A stretch of DNA of 61,350 bases, the filler included, from Hausera hauseri (lineage: Eukaryota): NCBI GenBank assembly GCA_046269625.1. It is 10 parts of 10 records of this genome, joined end to end, with 100 filler letters (N's around TTAATTAATTAA, not from the genome) between each part and the next. Parts side by side here need not be neighbours in the genome. Positions count along the whole stretch, not along the records: positions 1 to 5,038 come from JBJURY010354487.1; positions 5,139 to 13,906 come from JBJURY010539897.1; 8 more parts are not named here. One strand, written 5' to 3'. The notes under the pieces were generated by a model. The model was not told the DNA's origin. It saw only the letters and a program-made list of their open reading frames with translations, and did not search any database. The first letter of the stretch is position 1; each line of letters begins with the position of its first letter. The position numbers were made by a program, and so were the translations under genes. This document shows positions 1-11,333 of this stretch, piece after piece.

Positions 1-589
1 CATTGTTACGATTGCCATAAAAATGGTAAAGTCTTTTAATGTTTTTTTTCAACAATACTTGAATGATGTATAACATATTACATCATGTTATTAAAACTTT
101 AAAACTGGTTTCAATAATAAATAACTTCTCAGTGAGAGGCAGTTTAAACCCAGACAGAAACATCTTCAGCAGATTCAATATTTCTTTCTTTAACAGAATA
201 CAGCAAGGTGAGATGTTAATAATAATGAACAGCTGTGAACTCTGACAGCTTCACTATTCAGCTGCTTCTGACCTCTGACCTCAGAATGAGCCTGAAGAGC
301 TTAGGATGAAAACAGAGGCAGCAGAAAATGGGTCGTTTTCCATCTTCACACAGACATTAACAAGCTTCATTTCAGGAAACGCGTCTCCATGCTGGAGAGA
401 AGTGGCAGTCAGAACCAGACCCACAAACCCGTCAGACACGTTCACAGCAGCCGTCAGCAACTCTGCACCCATAATTAACATGCTAACAGTAGCAGCTCCA
501 TGAGGTGACAAACAGCAGTTAAAGTTAGAGCGCTGAGAAAAGGAGAGTGAGGTGCGTGTGTGTAAGAGAGAGCGAGAGAAAGGTTCTGT

Positions 590-1900
590 TCTTTGCTGTA
601 TTTTTAACCGTGAGTAACAGTTGTGCTAGACCTTCAGAACTATTTGAAAGTGTGACTGTATCATCTGCAGATCTGCGTATATGAAACTGGTCTCTTGATC
701 TTCAGTCTTTCGAACAGATCGTTATGTTCAGACTGCTCGAGGAAACGGCTCAGCAAAGCCATTCCCTTATCCTTATTCTGCCCCTGTCAAACCATATCAA
801 CAATTTGGAAATCGGGAAAGCTTATGTTTCTTGCTATTCATTGCAGCATGTAAGTGCCAGAAAGTATTAAGCGACTCTCTGTCAAACCTCTTCCAGTCAG
901 GTCGCTTTGGCTAACTTTGAAGTTTCTTTGAAAGCGGCCACTCTCTCTCTTTCATCCTTTCTCTCGTGAGATGTAATGGCTTATTTGTTTCGCCTCACCC
1001 TCTGCCATACATCCACTGTTTGTCTGTTATTCTGCCAAGCAACCTCCACATCATCATCCCACCAAGGCGGCTGTTCCAAGGCATTTCACGTCCTCAGTTT
1101 AGCTGTGATTTTGATCATTCTGAGTGTACTAGAAATGTTATTGCCTGTAGTTACATTGAGGCAAAGGTGTGGCTTCTGATGCTGTTTTCAAAGCCGGCAT
1201 TTTCTCACCGTAAAATTGAAAGGATAGTGATCTCAGTTATGAAATCCCAGAACGCCCAGCATGCTCAGTAATAGCGACTGCAGGTAATGTTGTCATCATA
1301 TCCCGATCTGCTTGCAAGCCTTGTTGGCTCATCCTGGTAGAGACAAACTAGGTCTGTGGTGACTAGGGCTTCTATCGAGCTGTGTTCCCTGTTAATGTGT
1401 TGACACAGGTGCCAGTGTTTTGACTTTGGCGTCACCCTGTAGCTCCGTTATTTCGCTAAGGTGTTGCCATTTCTGAATATCCACATTTGGACTCCAGGTA
1501 TAGATGTTCACTACTGTGAAAGGCCGTTAATACTGGAACATGACGCTCCATAGCTGCAGACCATCGCTGTACCAAGGGACTTAACAATGAATCACGAATC
1601 ACGTTCGAGTATAGCCTGCTCCAAATGTCAGCGATTGTAGAAAGTCTGAAAACCAGAGGCCTCATACTTCCGCCGCCGAGACACTTGTCCTGTAGTGGTA
1701 TAACATAATCGCTCTATATGAATCTGTCACTAATAGGGTGTTGCTGCCTCACTCTAGTACAGTTGCAATAGATGACGCGGGCGTATTGAGAAACACGTCT
1801 AGATGTCTTCTTTATCCATTTGCTAGCTCGAGCACGGCGTCGCCAACTATCGTTTGCGTGAGAGGGAGTGGATCGCTGGAAAGCACAGTCATTGCTGGTA
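590..1900 (-). mobile_element. Decayed non-LTR retrotransposon (LINE) ORF2 remnants: APE endonuclease, linker and a short RT piece
   Basis: Manual minus-strand translation across stops and frameshifts gives APE-like motifs in order: DKCLGGG (~1680), TVVNIY (~1510), GD (~1435), EPTRL (~1330), DHYP (~1230), then QPPWWDDD (~1070), FWHLHAAM and DKGMALLSRF. ADDTVTLSNSSEGLAQLL (~670-620) resembles the RTE-type YADD region and may belong to a separate element. Confidence 0.65.
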
Positions 1901-2945
1901 TTGAAACACACTTATGATTCCCTGGGGCCAGAACACTACATTTGGTTTTTGCTTTGTGTTATTTGTCGTTTCCAACTCGGTCGAATATTGTTTACTATGT
2001 TCACCAGAGCTAATTCAACACAGTGAACTAACTTCTCGGTGTCAGAGAACTTTGGAAGGATGCCGCTTACTGAACTTTACAAACTGGTCACTGTATATTT
2101 TTCAGGTCAGTCATGTCACACAGAAAACTCCGTCCTCGTTCGTGTTATGTCAAATTAGTTGAGCGGAAAAAGCTAACACCAACAGGCAGCTGGATCCATA
2201 ACAAGTCAAATTAATTCCGTATCTTCATATGTCTATTTCATCTGCTGTGAGTCTACTAAACCAATAGAAGGTAGCGTATTATAAATGTAGACTAAAGTTT
2301 GAAGAATCTATGATACGAAACCAGTCTTATACTGTATGTTCATCACCAAATGCCGCCATGAATCCATTTAGATTGCTTCAATAGCACAGACCCACATGAC
2401 ACTTTGGAACCTTTGTAAAGTCAACGAAATTGTTTTTCTATCAAAAAAAGTAAAACTCAGAATAACAAAGATCCCAACTCCCGTGTCGGTGCCGATCCCC
2501 CTTATTGGTCCTCACTCCCGTGTCGGGTGTAAGACGTTTATAAATTGTTTTGCTGTGCTGCAATTAGTTTGCCGCTCAATTACTGAGCTGAGTACATGGA
2601 GCGACACAGTGGCTGCAATTTTCGTTTGAGATGGATTGTGTGCCTCTTTTTGGATTCTATTAAACTGTGACTTTGACTTAATGTTACATCTGCTACCTGA
2701 TGCTATCATGGCTCTGAGATTTTTTACTGTCTGCGTTTGTCTTACAGCTGTCTTTGTAAAAATTAAGTATAAGTAACTTTGTGTTTACTTTTCAAAAATC
2801 TTAGAAACATAAACGCAGCTGATTTATTTATGTGATCTTTGTCAACAAGAGCTGACGCTCGATGACTGTGGATCAAAAACAAGGCAAGTGGTCTTTTGAC
2901 TGCAGATGTCGTGTTTCTTTGGGAACCTATAAGTGACAGACAATT

Positions 2946-3018
2946 GTTTATCACACATCACAAAGGTTTATCACACATCTCAAAGGTTTATCACACACCT
3001 CAAACGGTTGTCACACAT
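2946..3018 (+). repeat. Minisatellite, 20-bp unit GTTTATCACACATCWCAAAG, about 3.5 copies
   Basis: Directly visible tandem units. Confidence 0.9.
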
Positions 3019-3360
3019 TTTGCGCAACACATTTGGACACGTGGGACGTCCAAAGGCATTTCCTGATCAGCGTGAAACAGAGAAATATGGCGGGAAAATG
3101 CACCCACTAGTAACATTAGCCAAAGCATAAGCTGCTGTCCAACAACAAATGCTCCACTTGCCAGGCAAGAGTCTACTTATTTTAGTTAGGAGTCTACACA
3201 TGATAGAACAAAATACTCTTTCCACATAATAATACTAAATCAATCACCATATTTTTCTATTTGTACGTGGCAGTTATCAATTTGCATTAATCATGCGAGC
3301 TATCGAAACATGGCACTAAATTTGTATATCATTTTAATTTTTAACTTTATAATAAACATT

Positions 3361-3490
3361 TGGGTGGTCGAGTGGTTAGTGCACTTTGCTGCTGTATCAA
3401 GTGGCAAGGGTTCAGTTCCTAGAAATTGCGAATTGTTTTCCCAGCAGGTGGACCTCAGGTTCACCCAGCCTTAAATGGGTACCAGGGTAA
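3361..3490 (+). mobile_element. tRNA-derived SINE (Pol III A/B boxes plus CORE-like segment)
   Basis: A box TGGTCGAGTGG, B-box-like GGTTCAGTTCC, then CTCAGGTTCACCCAGCCTTAAATGGGTACC resembling the conserved central domain of invertebrate SINEs. Confidence 0.65.
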
Positions 3491-3949
3491 AATGCTGCGA
3501 GAAAGCATTCACCAATAGGTGTGGATTCTTTTTAATCAACATTTTACAGACTTGAATTTATTTGAGAACCATATCCTTTTCAGCTTGACAAGTTCTGTAC
3601 GAAACACTTACTATGAGTTGAAAAATGGACACAAATATGAACCATGATAGACACATGTTTCCGTTACGATGTAAAAGATTGATTTGCCAAAGTGTCTCTG
3701 CATTGAACACATTCTACATCGTTTCACATTATTTAGCCACCAATTCACTGCACGGAAAATATACATATAAAGAAATATAGACTAGCAACAATATGAACAC
3801 ACTCAAAAATTAAAATGGTTAAAAGTAGAATCCGTGGTCCGTCATTACTTGGGTTAGGTGATATAGGTAATGGTAACCGTTTGCTTTTTTTTAAGGTATT
3901 GGAAGCACCTGTTTCAGAACATATCGTGCTATCAGCTCTCATTTCAGCG

Positions 3950-4435
3950 TTGGGACATGTCGACTACGTGATGTGCGTGTTCCCAAGATACTAGGCAGGT
4001 TACGAAGGTTCCCTTTTTGGTCTGGCCCATTGTGTTGCACAACGGTTTAGTACGCCAGAGACATGAGATCGAGTACTGACCGTCACCCATATAGTCCCCA
4101 GCCCGCCGTGCAGCGGTCTCCAGCACAGTCTAGGCTTTTCTAATTGAACCATCGTCTGAAACTTGTCATTCAGTAGGATAGGGACAATCAGTAGAAGCGG
4201 CCAACGGACTTCTCGTCTCGCTCGAGTGCAACATGAATCGGTCCAGCCCTGTCTGTTGCTAACGGGAACAACCACCAAGGTAGGGTTTCCTTGACTGATA
4301 CGCCTAGAACTATCACGCCTTACTCCCCGTGTCGTGCTCAGTCGGAGATAATTACCACAGCACACAAACACATAAACACACCCAGTAACACACAAATCCA
4401 CTCACTAAGCCCCCATCCACACATACATGCACGCA
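3950..4435 (+). repeat. Possible SINE-like repeat with CA-rich 3' tail
   Basis: GC-richer island in AT-rich DNA ending in an imperfect (CA)n tract at ~4357-4435; no clear Pol III boxes. Confidence 0.3.
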
Positions 4436-4884
4436 CGTGCTGTGGGAGGTAATTTTCTGAGATACGCCAATTACTATGTCTACTTAGAGTGTAATCATTG
4501 CAAATGGTGTCATACAGAGCATGCAAAAAAAGTATGAATTCTTGGGTGTAAATGACAATATTTTAAATGCGATCACAAATGCTACAGACTCCTCATGAGA
4601 AATATGTTTTAAGGTACGCCTTGCGGGTTAGTGGAATTGACACTGACTAGAGATGAATTACACTCTACTCATCCAATGTGATTTGAATGCATTCCTCCAA
4701 ACGTTTAACAGGAAAGACGGCCAGGTATTGAAGTGGTGATTTGTTCTCAGACTCTTGATGTCTGGTATTTCGAGATCTCTAACATTCTCATAAAGAGACA
4801 GAAATCGTTGCAGGATTTTCTATCCTCTCAAGACTCTACTCGCGTGATTTTGACATAGAAACACAATATAACACACTACAACTG

Positions 4885-5037
4885 CTACCTTGAACACGGA
4901 TTGTTGTCTACACTTGTTGCCACGATATAGGCTGAGAGAATTAGTGGGTATCTTCCTTGATGACAAAATATGCCTTTAAAGTCATCAAAATCCAGGGTCC
5001 AGAATAGGACTCCTCCATATCCTTGCTGTTTCGCATA
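4885..5037 (-). CDS. GH18 chitinase (chitotriosidase/AMCase-like), C-terminal exon fragment, host gene
   Basis: Manual translation YAKQQGYGGVLFWTLDFDDFKGIFCHQGRYPLILSAYIVATSVDNNPCSR* matches the animal GH18 C-terminal motif GGxxxWxLDxDDFxGxxCxxGxxPL. Truncated at the contig edge and not in the ORF track. Confidence 0.88.
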   Translation of the reverse strand, partial: YAKQQGYGGVLFWTLDFDDFKGIFCHQGRYPLILSAYIVATSVDNNPCSR

Positions 5038-5038
5038 G

Positions 5039-5138
5039 NNNNNNNNNNNNNNNNNNNNNNNNNNNNNNNNNNNNNNNNNNNNTTAATTAATTAANNNNNN
5101 NNNNNNNNNNNNNNNNNNNNNNNNNNNNNNNNNNNNNN
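5039..5138. other. Artificial contig linker
   Basis: N44-TTAATTAATTAA-N44, stops in all six frames, repeated identically nine times. Confidence 0.99.
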
Positions 5139-5162
5139 GGCCCACCTTCAACTACTAACATT

Positions 5163-5180
5163 TGGCGACCCTAGCAGGAC
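5163..5180 (+). promoter_or_regulatory. Primer binding site, probably tRNA-Arg
   Basis: TGGCGACCCTAGCAGGAC, 2 nt after a CA LTR end; complementary to a tRNA 3' end ...GGTCG-CCA typical of tRNA-Arg. Confidence 0.8.
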
Positions 5181-5449
5181 AGTTTGCACTTGCTAGACTT
5201 GACTCTTAGTGAAAAGTAACGACATATTAGCGATCAGCGCTACCACAGTGAATAATTGACTGTATAGTTGTTGTAAACTTAAAAATTGGGATTTGTAAGA
5301 AACCGTCAGTAAACTAATGACATACTGCTGAATTAAGAACGAATATTGATAGACATAAGTCAGATGATGGCTTGAACGTAATTTTAAACGGTAAATAGGA
5401 TATTAATCTACGCGAAACGCGCAACAAAGCTTATAGATAGGATAAAACG

Positions 5450-6835
5450 TTGAGTAGACGTATGTTATCTGAAACGAATTTAGCTAATATCGAACCCATT
5501 GATTTAAATGCTGTAAGACAGCCCGCAGAATTTAAAGTCCCTGACAAGAGAATTAGAACTTGTAAGCAAACTTTAATAAACGTCGAAAACATGGTTGAGA
5601 ATCAAACAGGTGCGCAGAAGCTGAGCATTTTTATATTTGACTCTCTGAATCTGTCATCATACAACGGAGACCCGGACGGACCTAATGAATTTTTAAGAAA
5701 TTATAAACTGCACGCAGAAGCTGCTGGACTCGCACCTAACGTAATGATTAAACGTTTGTCACTATATTTGAAGAATTTGGCCACTGGTGCCTATAGTGAA
5801 CTCACGGATGAGGAGAAGAAATCTTGGTCCTCCCTGGTAGGAGCCTTAAACCGAAAATTATTGCCGACAGTAACTGCGCAACAAAAACTCATGGCTTTCC
5901 AGAACAGGGTGCAACAGAAAGGTGAATCGGTAACCCAGTTTTCATTTGCATTAAAGAAACTGGCGAACAGTTATGTAAATACATTAAGAATATCAAATAT
6001 AGCCAAGGCTAAAAGCGAGGCAGGACAGGAAACCGCGGGAAAGGCGAGCCTTCCGGACTTGGACGTCATGATGATGATGTAGTTGATAAATGGTGTCTGG
6101 TCTAGAGACATAGTGAAACAGTTATTTGTAGCACGACCAGAAAATTTTGATAAAGCCCTGCAGTTAGCCCAGGATTTAGAGATGGCACTGGATAGATACA
6201 GAGGAAACAATAATAAAAACGATAGGAACAATGATCGGAATGACCGTAGTGATAGAAATCGGAACGAAAGAAATGATAGGCGACTTAATAGCAATGGCGG
6301 AAAGAGAAATCAGAATGGTAACAATGAACATAGGAGTAATAGGTATGGTAACCAAAATTTTGACTGTGATCGAAATAATTCATTTAGTAAACCAAACAGT
6401 ATTGCGGATAGACGTTCAGACGGGCCCAGAACTCTCAAAAATGGGAACCGGTGCAATCATAATCGAAGTTATGATAATCGTCAGAATGGTGACACTAGAC
6501 CAGTTCCGTCAAATCAGAATTATAATAGAAATCTGAGCAGATCGAAATCTCCAATAAATGAGGATGGACGACAAAGGGTTGGTAGAAATGGCAACCTAAT
6601 TTGTTATACCTGTGGACAAGAAGGACACGTTGCAAGGTCCTGTCCAAATCCACAAAGCGTTTCGTTTCTTGAGCCTAGCAAAATTAATGTAATTAGAAAT
6701 AAGAATTTAGAAGCAATTTATGGTATCCGTAAAGACATGATTATGATCATAGAGGTACAAGATTTGCGACATTTCTTGAAGGCTCAGCCCGATACAAACT
6801 ATCCCAAAGTCTTAATGGCCAGGAATAAGTATTAG
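5450..6835 (+). pseudogene. gag: Gag (capsid, N/R-rich linker, CCHC zinc knuckle), one internal stop
   Basis: ORFs 5450-6082 and 6083-6835 share a frame; FQNRVQQKGESVTQF capsid motif; CYTCGQEGHVARSC knuckle. Confidence 0.9.
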
Positions 6836-8207
6836 CACAAATTACGATTACTGGAAGTATATCATGGTCTTCTCGAGCCATAAACCGAATATGAACACTC
6901 TATAACCCCGCAAAGGCATACCGATACGGCACGGAAAAAGAATTTCCCTGTGGCGAATAAAGAGGTAGAGAAACGGGAAAATTTCCAAACTTCGAACAAA
7001 GTAGATTTAGATGCAGAACTGAAATATATAATAGAAAAAGTAAACAAAGCTATGGAGCTCGACGAAGAAAAGAATTTATGGAACCGCTAATACTTAAAAT
7101 AATAAAGAATAGAGGCCGCAGCCCATCATTAAAGAAAAAACGTAAAGATCCTTCACAATCTCCAATTAATAAAGAAAAGTTGGACAGAGCAAAAGAAACT
7201 AAAATCGCTCGAGAAAGAGACGTAGATTTCACTTTGAATACCCCGGAAACCGGGTTAGCTACTCCTGTTGGAATAGAAGAGTTAACAAAATCTGTAAATG
7301 AAATAAATGATACATGTCCATTACCTACAAGTGAAGAAGATACAGGACAAAGTAAGAGGCCCTATCCGAAACAGTGGAAAATCAGACGTTCATGGAAAAA
7401 TGCTGAATAGGAATTAACTATCTCGACCCAGACGTATTGCAATGGAATTTGGAGAAACTTAAAGAGATGGGCGAACAGGCAGACATTTCTGGTAAAGAGC
7501 AGCAATTTGTAGAAAGATTATACTAGAAAATGAAATTATGTAATGAAGGAAAACTAAGCGAAGCTATAGACCTAGAGCAACATGAAGAAGTGTTCTCAGG
7601 AATGTTAGCAAAATGATAATACAAATTAGAGACGTGGATTAAGAGTAGAATTAAATTTCCAGAGGCATGGAACAAATATATGAAGGATGTCGAAATAAAA
7701 ATAAATAAAGCCCGAATATTATTAACAACATTGGAAGCCAATCCAAAACTAAAAAGGGTAGCATGTAACATGGAACGTGTCATGAATGAAATTAGATTTG
7801 AAATGGTTGAGCAACTCAAGGAAAAACCGGTCAGGGAGCGAGACGAAATTGATCTGGAAATGTTGGACATAGACTCAGTAGGCATTCCCTCATTAATGGA
7901 GGTAATAATAGTCTCCTCCACCGCATCGAAACAATATACAAGTCTGGAAAACCGTATTAAGATTGAAACCGAAGAGGTCCAAAATAAACAGTTTGAGGAA
8001 CCCAATTATGCATATGAACAATGACAAAACCCGAAATGTAATGAAAGCCTATATCCTTGAATTTGACGAGTATAAAGATGAATTCAGCTATGCCAACCAA
8101 ATCATTGTTTTCATCACAGATCCGGATAATGAATTGTAAGATGCGTACAAAATGCTAGATAAAGCAATACTGGCAAAACCCATAATTGATAATCAACTAA
8201 AGAAATG

Positions 8208-8357
8208 GTGGTAGTATATAATATCAGTGAATGAAAACACTTCACTTTTTTTTCACTCCCTACCGGTCGTTCAAAAAAATACAAAAGGTGATCTGACGCT
8301 ATGCTTCGCTTCGCTTTTTCATTCGCTTTTTCATTCACTAATATTACATACTACTAC
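8208..8357. mobile_element. ~150-bp MITE-like insertion with 30-bp terminal inverted repeats
   Basis: 8208-8237 GTGGTAGTATATAATATCAGTGAATGAAAA versus reverse complement of 8328-8357 GTAGTAGTATGTAATATTAGTGAATGAAAA, 27/30 identical. No TSD recognised. Confidence 0.7.
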
Positions 8358-8728
8358 GCGCTCCTTCATAAGAGACGTGGTACAGTGGCTAATGAGTAGT
8401 GGTTACGCAAGCGAACTGGATTATAGACTTTACTTTAGAGGTAGAATATTAGACGAACTGGAACAATTAATAGACGTCAGGATTATCCCAGGTGAAACGA
8501 ATAGAATAGTAGTGTCGGTTGCTTCGGATGAAACAAAAGAAGAGGCCACAAGGAAGGCTAAAATGGATTAATGTGTAGGACGGATCGTGAAGATAGGAAT
8601 GCAGCAATGTACTTCGAGTACTTGCAAACGGACGAAGACCAGAAACAATACGATACAATTTTTTACCACCCAGTGAGATTGTATTAGTTATCACGAAACA
8701 GATGCATCCAGTCGGCAGACCGCGAAAA
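8358..8728 (+). pseudogene. Ubiquitin-like (beta-grasp) domain(s) ending in MxxxGRPRK within the element B polyprotein
   Basis: YRLYFRGRILDE, IDVRIIPGETNRIVVSVASDETKEEATRKAK and, after a stop and frameshift, LRVLANGRRPETIRYNFLPPSEIVLVITKQMHPVGRPRK align by eye with ubiquitin and with the domain in element D. Confidence 0.55.
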
Positions 8729-9244
8729 ATACGAGACGAAATTGATTATAATGGCGGTTTAATTAGAGAATTGAAGCAAATGTCCATATCAACCTTTAGT
8801 ACAGAAAACTAAAAGCTGAATGAACATGAAAATTTTGAAACGCATAGTAAACCACTCTAGTCTATGTGACGAAATATTAGACGAAAAAGAGAAATCTATA
8901 TTAAATGCAGACAGATCAATGAAAAATTTCCTTTGTAAACTATCGAAAAACATCTTGAGCGGTGAAAAGATGATAGAGGGAATTATGGTTGAGAACATCA
9001 TAGAAGAGTTAAGGAAAGTGCTACTGTATTTGGCCATTAAAACAAATTTAGCTCGAGAGAATGAATTTAACAAAGCCACTAATCTAGTGCGAAAAGCTGC
9101 CAGGAAATGACCCCGAGAAGTAGACAGGTCTAAATTATTCGGAAAAGAAGAAGAGCATCAAAATGGACCCTCTTTTAACAATAGTAATAGTAGATTCGAA
9201 GACATGTTACAAAGTTTAACCATAAATAATTGGGGAAATGAACC

Positions 9245-11070
9245 AAACTGGCTAATTAATTTCCTAACTGTGATGATTTTAATAAGACAAATGGGAGCGG
9301 TTACCATATATGACTGACAAATTCAAACTTGGTCAAAAATATTCATTGATAGATTTAAAAATGTGCGAAGATGCGAGACAACATAAATTAGAAACAAGAG
9401 AAAAACTACGTACTGTATCAGCAACGAGAGCTAGTCTCATTAGACGGGATAGAATGTATGTTGCGAAGATTTCGCAGTATCTTTCATTGTGGACTAATAC
9501 ACGGACATTTGTTTATAATCAAGTCAACGACCCCAACAATTTCAATGAACTTAGAATCCCAGCATTGTAAGCAGGCTAGAGAGACAGGCAGGTTGAAATG
9601 GGACGGTATGGAACTAGAAATGCAGCAAGGAAAAATAAACACAGCATATAAAGTAGCAACCGGAAGATTAGATATGAATACCGGACAATGGAACGGTGCA
9701 GAATACAATACTGAAAAAGGATTAGAACCAAACATATGGGTTGTGGATTTCTATGAAACCGAGATGCGCACACGAAAGGTGATATTTCATAACGCTACTA
9801 AGCTCTACATAAAAAACCAAAAGTGCCATATTCAAAAAGGCACCTGTGCTTTTTGGAAGTTCAGTAGTAATTTTGGAACCTCCAGCCAAGACGGATTGCA
9901 ATTTTATTGAAATTAAAGAACTTAAGTTTAATGAAACGACAGGAAAACGTTATATAAGTAGCACGGGTCCTAATTCTAAAACAGAAGAAGACGTAGCTGA
10001 GCATCCCACACCTACCATAGTAATTTCCGATACTCATGGATTAAAATTTATGAAGAAAGATGTACTCACGAGGTGAGATGTAATAATGTATGCCACTAAC
10101 TCTGAAGCGTTCTTTGTAGCGGAGACTGAGATAAATTCCAAAACGTTCAATCTTGAGACTCAAGATATCCAAATTGAGGATTATTTTAAAAATAGAGACG
10201 ACTATTTTTACTGCAAATGGCAGGCCGGAATAGCTGAGTTATACCACAAAATGATAACTAATGACTGCAAATTAGACTTAGAAGTCATAAGAATCAAACT
10301 AACTTTAATATATGACAATCGTGAGCTACCATCACTAATAATTCCGATGAAAGAAGGCGTTTTTGGTCGAGTGACAGGAGAAGTCCTACTGACTTATGAA
10401 TGCGAGAAAAAGGATGTACCCATTAATGTGAAAGAGAAACGATATATACAAGAACTTCCAATAATATATCAGGACATGCCGAGATTAATAACGCCAATTA
10501 CTAGAGTATTACTGGCAAATTCCACCCAACCGACGATTCTGAAAGATTGTAAGACCAGTCTAAGAGAACCCATGTTTAGACGTAGTGAAACCGATTGGGT
10601 AAGTTTACCAAACGGTGGTATAATTACGCCGCTTACCAAGTTAACGGGAACGAACTTAATAAAAGGAATAACTGATGATAAGTTTCAAGATACTGCAGCA
10701 AAAGGTATTTACCAACCAAAAGAAGTGGTAGCATTCAGACAATTTCTCGCTTTCCCATGCCAACGCACACATGAGCTAAACAGAGCTGTGCATACGATAC
10801 TAGAGGATTCATGTTATCATGCGAAATGAGAATAGTTACTTGGTGTTAACTACTATAAGAAGGTGACTACTGAAATATTGTATAAAATTTGGGGAAGGTT
10901 TCTGATGTTCAGACTAGCAGCATCAGGATTCCTAGCAATTTATTTATTAATTTAACTGGTTAAAGCGATAATTCAAGCGGTCATAAATGGATACGAGATC
11001 TTCACCCTAACAGGATTCGCATGTAAAGTTTTAACGGCTATTATCACACCTTTTGGTAAATTCTTAAAGG
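9245..11070 (+). pseudogene. env: Envelope-like glycoprotein, chuvirus G-like (class III/gB-type fusogen), with internal signal peptide and C-terminal TM segments
   Basis: NWLINFLTVMILIRQMGA|VTIYD..YSLIDLKMC; DYFKNRDDYFY..AELYHKMITNDC; GVFGRVTGEVLLTYEC; YIQELPI; ITPITRVL; GIYQPKEV; WGRFLMFRLAASGFLAIYLLI*LVKAIIQAVINGY. Motif order matches chuvirus-like glycoprotein EVEs as I recall them. Confidence 0.82.
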
Positions 11071-11333
11071 TTTTCGAAGAAAATAGATGGAAAGCGAATG
11101 TTGAACGATATGTTGGCTATCATAATCGAAAACGTAAAAGGAGACACATATTTAGTTACAAACGCAAATTCATAAATGTCAAGACACGAACAGATAACCC
11201 TGACGATGACGAGCCTAAGGGAGGAGACGCCGTCTCTAATACATACAAATACAGAAATTATTCCGTTATAAAACCACCACTACCAACACTACCGCCAACT
11301 TCATCTATACATGAAGACTGTGAGAAATAATCT

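Noticed and set aside
1-585. Short ORFs and a vertebrate-intron-like composition with GT/GA microsatellites
   Set aside because: No recognisable protein motif; origin cannot be judged by eye.
1914-2420. Possible decayed GPCR on + strand (VYFICC, NAAMNPF..CFNS)
   Set aside because: Only two short motifs across several stops and frameshifts; insufficient without a search.
5039-5138. Regularly recurring TTAATTAATTAA palindrome in N runs as a biological repeat or CRISPR-like array
   Set aside because: Identical 100-bp synthetic linkers; adjacency across them has no biological meaning.
5971-6294. Hydrophobic antisense ORF resembling a membrane protein
   Set aside because: Reverse complement of the N/R/D-rich gag linker.
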